A DNA stretch of 64,000 bases from contig JAFLUD010000001.1 in the NCBI GenBank assembly GCA_022508965.1, forward strand, positions 584 through 64,583, given 5' to 3'. A model generated the notes under the pieces. It ran no database searches. It was given only the letters and a program-made list of their open reading frames with translations, and had not been told where the DNA came from. The stretch is from Oscillospiraceae bacterium. GTDB taxonomy: Bacteria; Bacillota; Clostridia; Oscillospirales; Ruminococcaceae. Below are positions 58,570 through 64,000 of this stretch, piece after piece. Both the position numbers and the translations under genes were made by a program. How positions within the stretch are numbered: the first letter of the stretch is position 1; every line of letters starts with the position of its first letter.

Positions 58570-59433
58570 TTATGCCTTGCCGACAGAACCGAACAGCTCC
58601 ATCTTCTCCTTGACGGTCGCCTTGATAGCGTCTGCGCCGGGTGCGAGCAGCTTTCTGGGATCGAAGCCCTTGCCCTGCTGATCCTTGCCTGCCTCGATGT
58701 ACTTTCTGGTCGCTTCCGCGAACGCCAGCTGGCACTCGGTGTTTACGTTGATCTTTGCAACGCCCAGAGAGATCGCTTTCTTGATCATATCAGCGGGGAT
58801 ACCCGTTCCGCCGTGGAGTACGAGCGGCATATCGCCTACTTCCTTCTTTACCGCTTCGAGAGTCTCGAAGGAAAGTCCCGGCCAATTCTCGGGGTATTTT
58901 CCGTGAATATTGCCGATTCCTGCCGCGAGCATGGTTACTCCCAGATCGGCTATCGCCTTGCACTCCTTGGGATCCGCGCACTCGCCCGCGCCTATTACGC
59001 CGTCCTCTTCGCCGCCGATAGAACCTACCTCAGCCTCGATGGAAAGTCCCTTATCGTTGCAGATCTTTACGAGAGCGGTGGTCTTTTCGATATTCTCGGC
59101 GATGGGATAGTGCGAGCCGTCGAACATTACCGAAGAGAAGCCTGCTTCGATACACTTCATCGCGCCCTCATATGAGCCGTGGTCGAGGTGGAGCGCTACG
59201 GGAACAGTGATGTTAAGCTCTTCGAGCATTCCGTTTACCATTCCTACGATGGTCTTGTAGCCTGCCATATACTTGCCTGCGCCCTCGGATACGCCCAGAA
59301 TTACAGGCGACTTCAGTTCCTCGGCAGTAAGCAGGATAGACTTTGTCCACTCGAGGTTATTGATGTTGAACTGTCCTACCGCGTACTTTCCGTCACGCGC
59401 CTTATTCAGCATTTCTTTTGCGGATACCAACAT
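58570..59433 (-). CDS. fba: Class II fructose-1,6-bisphosphate aldolase
   Basis: FNINNLEW, LHLDHG, GNIHG, LVLHGGTG, KINVNTE, GFDPRK. Confidence 0.97.
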   Translation of the reverse strand: MLVSAKEMLNKARDGKYAVGQFNINNLEWTKSILLTAEELKSPVILGVSEGAGKYMAGYKTIVGMVNGMLEELNITVPVALHLDHGSYEGAMKCIEAGFSSVMFDGSHYPIAENIEKTTALVKICNDKGLSIEAEVGSIGGEEDGVIGAGECADPKECKAIADLGVTMLAAGIGNIHGKYPENWPGLSFETLEAVKKEVGDMPLVLHGGTGIPADMIKKAISLGVAKINVNTECQLAFAEATRKYIEAGKDQQGKGFDPRKLLAPGADAIKATVKEKMELFGSVGKA

Positions 59434-59498
59434 ATTGATTTTCTCCTTTAAAATAAGATTCGGGATCGTTTTCTCAGTAATTAAAATCCCATACTTTT

Positions 59499-59527
59499 AT
59501 TGTATCACATTTTCCACATAAATGCAA
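59499..59527 (-). promoter_or_regulatory. Sigma-A promoter for fba
   Basis: TTGCAT-17-TACAAT with extended TG. Confidence 0.7.
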
Positions 59528-59544
59528 TAGATTTTCTAAAAAAA

Positions 59545-59871
59545 TCATGTGTTGTGGTCGGAGGTGTGGAACTGCTTTAGGTTACCGATCTTTTTGCTGC
59601 GCTCGCGCATTACCGCGTCGATCTCCTCGACCGTTACGCCGTTCTCGACCATCAGCACCGCCATGTGATACAGAACGTCGTTTATCTCGTTTACAAGCTC
59701 CTCGTTGTCGTGGTTTTTCGCGGCTATCACCATTTCGGTGCACTCCTCGCCGCACTTTTTGAGTATCTTGTCAAGTCCCTTTTCAAAAAGGTAGCAGGTG
59801 TAGCTGCCCTCCTGCGGGTTATCGCGGCGGTTTACTATCACATCATACATTTCCTTAAACGCTTCGCTCAT
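59545..59871 (-). CDS. hisE: Phosphoribosyl-ATP pyrophosphatase
   Basis: EGSYT..LF..G..KILKK.GEE..E, E..D.LYH. Confidence 0.95.
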   Translation of the reverse strand: MSEAFKEMYDVIVNRRDNPQEGSYTCYLFEKGLDKILKKCGEECTEMVIAAKNHDNEELVNEINDVLYHMAVLMVENGVTVEEIDAVMRERSKKIGNLKQFHTSDHNT

Positions 59872-59883
59872 TGGTTTTCTCCT

Positions 59884-60198
59884 TTACTTTATTTGATTGA
59901 AAAAGCAGGTGCGGTTTCCGGTGTGGCACGCGGCTCCCGTTTGCTCGACCTTTACCAGAAGCGTGTCGTCGTCGCAGTCTCCGTAAATCTCCACTATCCT
60001 CTGGACGTGCCCCGACGTTGCGCCTTTATTCCACAGCTCCTGGCGTGAACGGCTCCAGAACCATGTATAGCCAGTTTCCAGGGTCTTTGCGAGGCTTTCT
60101 TCGTTCATATACGCCAGCATCAGAACCTCTCCCGATTCCGCGTCCTGCACTATCGCGGGTATCAGCTCGGATTTCACAAAAAATTTCTTTAAGTCCAT
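59884..60198 (-). CDS. hisI: Phosphoribosyl-AMP cyclohydrolase
   Basis: [35 protein letters not shown]; start at ATG 60198. Confidence 0.95.
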   Translation of the reverse strand: MDLKKFFVKSELIPAIVQDAESGEVLMLAYMNEESLAKTLETGYTWFWSRSRQELWNKGATSGHVQRIVEIYGDCDDDTLLVKVEQTGAACHTGNRTCFFNQIK

Positions 60199-60202
60199 AA
60201 TT

Positions 60203-60234
60203 ACTGTCCACTCTCCACTTTCCACTGTCAACTG
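60203..60234 (-). repeat. Heptamer short tandem repeat
   Basis: AGTTGAC-AGTGGAA-AGTGGAG-AGTGGAC-AGT on the minus strand. Confidence 0.7.
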
Positions 60235-60236
60235 CC

Positions 60237-60959
60237 TTAGTCCCACCAGAAGTACCATATTGACGATTTTGTGAGCGAATCCGCGAGTCTGCCGATCGTT
60301 TCAATTCCTTGAAACACTATGTCCGAACAGAACGCGAACTGCTCCATCGCCAGATCGAGAGCCGCCGCTTTGTCAGTTACGGGGTGAGCCGCGAACTCCA
60401 GAACGTCATGAGTCATCAGCGCAGGAACAGCGCCGTACTTCTCATACCAGTACTTGCATATCCGGAACATCTCCTCAGGCATCGGGCACTCGTTCCAGCC
60501 GCCGAACGGAAACCACGCGAAGATCTCCCACGGATTTATCACAGGGATCTTTGCGATAACGCACTCCATGCTCTTTCCGGTGCCATAATCGCGCATACCG
60601 GAAAAGCCGCGCATTTCTTCGCCGTCGGCAACCTCGCCGACTACCTCGTCCCAATCGCCGCCCATTTCTTCTTTCCAGCGTGTCAGCGCGTCGCGAAACC
60701 ACTTTGCCGCATCTATTTCAGCCGACGTGACCTCCTTTTGAAGCTCGACACGGCTTTTGCTGTTATCAAACATCACACGGTCCTCAAAACTGCTGTCTAC
60801 AGCGAATATTATCGGTGTGTAGCCGCCCGCCTCACGCTTGGCAAACAGTTCATTGTAGGCGCTGTTGACAGCTGAAAGCTCGCTGCCCTTAGGGATATAC
60901 ACATACTCACAGCCCAGATAATCAATTATTGCCTGTGCGGACTTACTGACTTTTGACAT
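60237..60959 (-). CDS. DUF4253-family protein
   Basis: [34 protein letters not shown]-terminal WYFWWD. Confidence 0.88.
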   Translation of the reverse strand: MSKVSKSAQAIIDYLGCEYVYIPKGSELSAVNSAYNELFAKREAGGYTPIIFAVDSSFEDRVMFDNSKSRVELQKEVTSAEIDAAKWFRDALTRWKEEMGGDWDEVVGEVADGEEMRGFSGMRDYGTGKSMECVIAKIPVINPWEIFAWFPFGGWNECPMPEEMFRICKYWYEKYGAVPALMTHDVLEFAAHPVTDKAAALDLAMEQFAFCSDIVFQGIETIGRLADSLTKSSIWYFWWD

Positions 60960-60974
60960 GGTTATATTCTCCTT

Positions 60975-61730
60975 TTATCTTGCGGGAATGTTGTGTTCCT
61001 TGAGATGTGCCTTCACTTCTCCTACGGTGAGTTCTCCGAAATGGAAAAGAGACGCTGCCAACGCCGCGGAAGAGTTTGTTTTCTCGAAAACCTCGCTGAA
61101 ATGCTCTATCGCGCCGCAGCCGCCGCTTGCTATCACGGGGATGTTTACCCGCTCGCAGACGAAGTTCAGCATCTCGATATCAAAGCCGCCGCGAACGCCG
61201 TCGGTGTCTATCGAATTCAGGCAGATCTCGCCCGCGCGGCGTTCGGAGACCTCCTTTACCCAATCGCCGAGATCGAGGTTCATATCCACGCGGCCGCCGT
61301 TTATGAATACGGAATAGCTGCCCTTTTGATTGCGCTTTGCGTCTATTCCCACGACTACGCACTGGCTTCCGAATATCTCGGCGGCGTCGCTTATGAGCTT
61401 GGGGTTCTTCACCGCCTGGGAATTCACGGACACCTTGTCAGCACCCGCTCGGAGCGTTTCGCGGAAATCATCGACAGAGGCTATTCCTCCGCCAACGCAA
61501 AGCGGCACGAATACCTGCCGCGCGGTGTTCCTTACAACGTCCAGCATTACTCCGCGTCCCTCGTATGAAGCGGTGATATCGTAAAAAACGATCTCGTCCG
61601 CGCCCTGCCTGTTATATTCCACGGCAAGCTGTACGGGATTGCCGACGTCCTTTACTCCCTCGAAATTAACGCCCTTTACTACTTTGCCGTTGCGAACGTC
61701 AAGGCAGGGAATAATTCTCTTTGCTAACAT
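60975..61730 (-). CDS. hisF: Imidazole glycerol phosphate synthase cyclase subunit
   Basis: [32 protein letters not shown]. Confidence 0.97.
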   Translation of the reverse strand: MLAKRIIPCLDVRNGKVVKGVNFEGVKDVGNPVQLAVEYNRQGADEIVFYDITASYEGRGVMLDVVRNTARQVFVPLCVGGGIASVDDFRETLRAGADKVSVNSQAVKNPKLISDAAEIFGSQCVVVGIDAKRNQKGSYSVFINGGRVDMNLDLGDWVKEVSERRAGEICLNSIDTDGVRGGFDIEMLNFVCERVNIPVIASGGCGAIEHFSEVFEKTNSSAALAASLFHFGELTVGEVKAHLKEHNIPAR

Positions 61731-61738
61731 AGTTCCTC

Positions 61739-62461
61739 CTAATTTTTCGAGACGCGAATTGCCTCGGCGAGATCAAGGCTTCCCGTATAAATGGACTTTC
61801 CGCAGATCGCTCCGTAAAGTCCCATTTCCTTACAGATAACTATATCCTCGATCGTGCGGACTCCGCCGCTGGCGATGATACTGCAATCGGAAGTGCCGTC
61901 ATACAGCGCTTTGAGCTGCTCGGCGTTTACTCCGGAGAGGGTTCCGTCCTTGGAAATATCCGTGAAGATAAAATACTTTACTCCGAAGCCGATCATCTTG
62001 TTCGCAAGCTCGATATAATTCACGTCGGAGGTCTCAAGCCAACCCTCGGTGGCTACCATGCCGTTCAGCGCGTCGATCCCCACTGCTATTTTCTCGGAGC
62101 CGAATTTCTCCACCGAATCCTTTACCAGCTGCGGGTCTTTAAGCGCGGCGGAACCGAGGATCACGCGCGAGATACCCATTCGCAGATATTCCCCGACCGT
62201 CTCGATATTCCGTATGCCGCCGCCTACCTCGACCTTGAGCTTCGTCTTTTCGGCGACTTCGGTGTAGATCTTCGTGTTCACGGGCTTTCCCGCCTTTGCG
62301 CCGTCGAGATCCACCATGTGGATCCATTCCGCGCCTGCCTGTTCAAACGACTTCGCGGTGTCGAGGAAGTTGTCGGCTACCTTTTCGACGGTCGAATAAT
62401 CGCCCCTGTAAAGCCGAACGACGTTGCCGTCCTTTATGTCTATCGCGGGTAAGATTACCAT
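61739..62461 (-). CDS. hisA: ProFAR isomerase
   Basis: [32 protein letters not shown]. Confidence 0.97.
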   Translation of the reverse strand: MVILPAIDIKDGNVVRLYRGDYSTVEKVADNFLDTAKSFEQAGAEWIHMVDLDGAKAGKPVNTKIYTEVAEKTKLKVEVGGGIRNIETVGEYLRMGISRVILGSAALKDPQLVKDSVEKFGSEKIAVGIDALNGMVATEGWLETSDVNYIELANKMIGFGVKYFIFTDISKDGTLSGVNAEQLKALYDGTSDCSIIASGGVRTIEDIVICKEMGLYGAICGKSIYTGSLDLAEAIRVSKN

Positions 62462-62505
62462 TTTTTCACCTCTTATTGCGTAAAATAAATGCTTTACGCC
62501 GTAAT

Positions 62506-62934
62506 TTATAGATAATACACAGATATCTCTATATCCGTTGCTTTGAAAACGTCTTTGATAATTTCACGGACGTCTTGCCATTCGAGCTTGTCCAGTCCGC
62601 AGCCGATCTTCGGCATTGAGATTTTGGCAAGCCCCATTTCCAACGCCTTTTCGCGAAGTTCCTCCAACGACTGCCTCAGCGTTTCAAGCGTCGGCTTGTG
62701 AAAATAGCGTTCTTTCGTTATCAGATTTCCGACAACAACGCCGTCGGTCTCCGTAATAAGGCAATATCCCCTGCCGTTCCATTCCGGGGTGTAACGCTCG
62801 CGCAGCTGCTTTTTTACTCCCATTTGCGCGAATTTTACGGCGATCCCCGCGCCCAACGCGAAATCGCTGCTGATGCAATGGCACAGCGCGGTTTCCGCCG
62901 AAAACAGGTCGCCTTGTATTTCCGTAAATGTCAT
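62506..62934 (-). CDS. Macro-domain protein (Poa1p/TARG1-like)
   Basis: GDLF, HCISSDFALGAGIA, NLITK, MPKIGCGLD.L.W. Confidence 0.9.
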   Translation of the reverse strand: MTFTEIQGDLFSAETALCHCISSDFALGAGIAVKFAQMGVKKQLRERYTPEWNGRGYCLITETDGVVVGNLITKERYFHKPTLETLRQSLEELREKALEMGLAKISMPKIGCGLDKLEWQDVREIIKDVFKATDIEISVYYL

Positions 62935-63527
62935 AAGCTATGGAAGCTCCTCAGGATATTAAGTCCCGTTTCGCCGCTTTTTTCGGGGTGGAACTGAGCG
63001 CCGTAGACGTTCCCCGAAAAAACAAGCGCGGGCACCTTCATTCCGTAATCGCAATACGCGGCGACGTTCTCTTTCGGGCAATCGGCGGCGTAGGAATGCA
63101 CGAAATAGACGTGATCGCCGTTTTTGCAATTCTTCAAAAGCGGGCAGGGTTCATTGAACTCCAATGAATTCCAGCCGATATGCGGTATGGGGAGAGCTTC
63201 GGGGGTCATCAGCTTTACGCTTCCCTTTATGAATCCCAAGCCGTCCGTCTCGGAAAACTCGTAGCCCTTTTCAAACAGCATCTGCATTCCGAGGCAGATA
63301 CCAAGAAGCGGCTTTTTTTGCGTCTGTTCTTTTATTACATCGACAAGTCCGCTTGCGTGCAGCATACGCATGGCGTCGGGGAACGCTCCCACGCCGGGAA
63401 GTATCAGTCTGTCCGCTGTTCTCAGGTCATCGGCGGAGGAGGTTATCTTATTCTCATAGCCGAGGAAATCAAGCGCGTTTTTTACGCTGAAAAGATTCCC
63501 CGCGCCGTAGTCTATAATCGCTATCAT
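62931..63527 (-). CDS. hisH: Imidazole glycerol phosphate synthase glutaminase subunit
   Basis: DYGAGN, LPGVG, GICLGMQ, YFVHSY, QFHPEKS. Confidence 0.97.
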   Translation of the reverse strand: MIAIIDYGAGNLFSVKNALDFLGYENKITSSADDLRTADRLILPGVGAFPDAMRMLHASGLVDVIKEQTQKKPLLGICLGMQMLFEKGYEFSETDGLGFIKGSVKLMTPEALPIPHIGWNSLEFNEPCPLLKNCKNGDHVYFVHSYAADCPKENVAAYCDYGMKVPALVFSGNVYGAQFHPEKSGETGLNILRSFHSL

Positions 63528-64000
63528 AGTTTCCCCTTAGTGGAGATCGCCTCTCCGGTGGTATTCTTTTGCACTGCTGCTTTCAGCGCGTAGGCAAGCG
63601 CCTTGAACAGCGCTTCTATCTTGTGGTGATCGTTTTTGCCGTACTCGGAGCGCAGGTGCAGCGTGATCCCCGCATTGAACGCGAACGCGCGCATAAACTC
63701 CTCGGTAAGGCAGGTGTCGAATTCCCCTACCCTTTCGTTGGTGAATTCCGCGTTGAACACCAAAAACGGTCTTCCGCTTATGTCCAGCGCGCAAAAGCCC
63801 AGCGCCTCGTCCATCGGGATATACGCGCTGCCGTAGCGCATTATTCCACTCTTGTCGCCGAGAGCTTCTTTAAACGCCAGTCCCAGCACTATTCCCACGT
63901 CTTCGGCGGTGTGGTGTCCGTCTACCATAAGATCGCCGCTTGCTTTGAGCTTCAGCCCTAAGCCGCCGTGTACCCCCAGCGCCGTCAGCATATGATCCAA
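63524..64000 (-). CDS. hisB: Imidazoleglycerol-phosphate dehydratase, 5'-truncated by the window edge
   Basis: DHML, DGHHT.ED, PMDEAL, NDHH..EA.FKA, STKG. Confidence 0.96.
   Translation of the reverse strand: MDHMLTALGVHGGLGLKLKASGDLMVDGHHTAEDVGIVLGLAFKEALGDKSGIMRYGSAYIPMDEALGFCALDISGRPFLVFNAEFTNERVGEFDTCLTEEFMRAFAFNAGITLHLRSEYGKNDHHKIEALFKALAYALKAAVQKNTTGEAISTKGKL

Overview
Chromosomal window from a Clostridia-type anaerobe; gene content and sigma-A promoters suggest Ruminococcaceae/Oscillospiraceae (inference). It is mostly housekeeping: Fur-family regulator with a znuACB-like metal ABC transporter, aroB-aroA-aroC, iscS-iscU, apbC, deoBC, a GH3 glycosidase, U32 peptidase, mltG, tmk, two M42 peptidases, argG-H-C-J-B-D-F, an ECF sigma/anti-sigma pair, an OmpR-type two-component system, pepF, tyrA, fba and part of the his operon. 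I saw no rRNA, tRNA, CRISPR array, prophage or transposase. Best leads: (1) an unannotated ~90-nt sRNA (51745-51835, minus) directly upstream of the two-component system, with a CiaR-like hexamer-N5-hexamer-N10-TATAAT promoter, a 5' hairpin, an exposed anti-SD/anti-AUG seed and a terminator, i.e. a csRNA-like module outside streptococci; (2) a perfect 11-6-11 palindrome (12518-12545) in the leader of a lone Xer-type recombinase, a candidate dif-like or autoregulatory site; (3) a soluble sensory [FeFe]-hydrogenase-MCP fusion; (4) an ECF anti-sigma with two degenerate M23 domains; (5) a LOTUS/DUF3825 repeat protein; (6) several structured intergenic repeats. All family assignments come from motif recognition by eye, not database searches.
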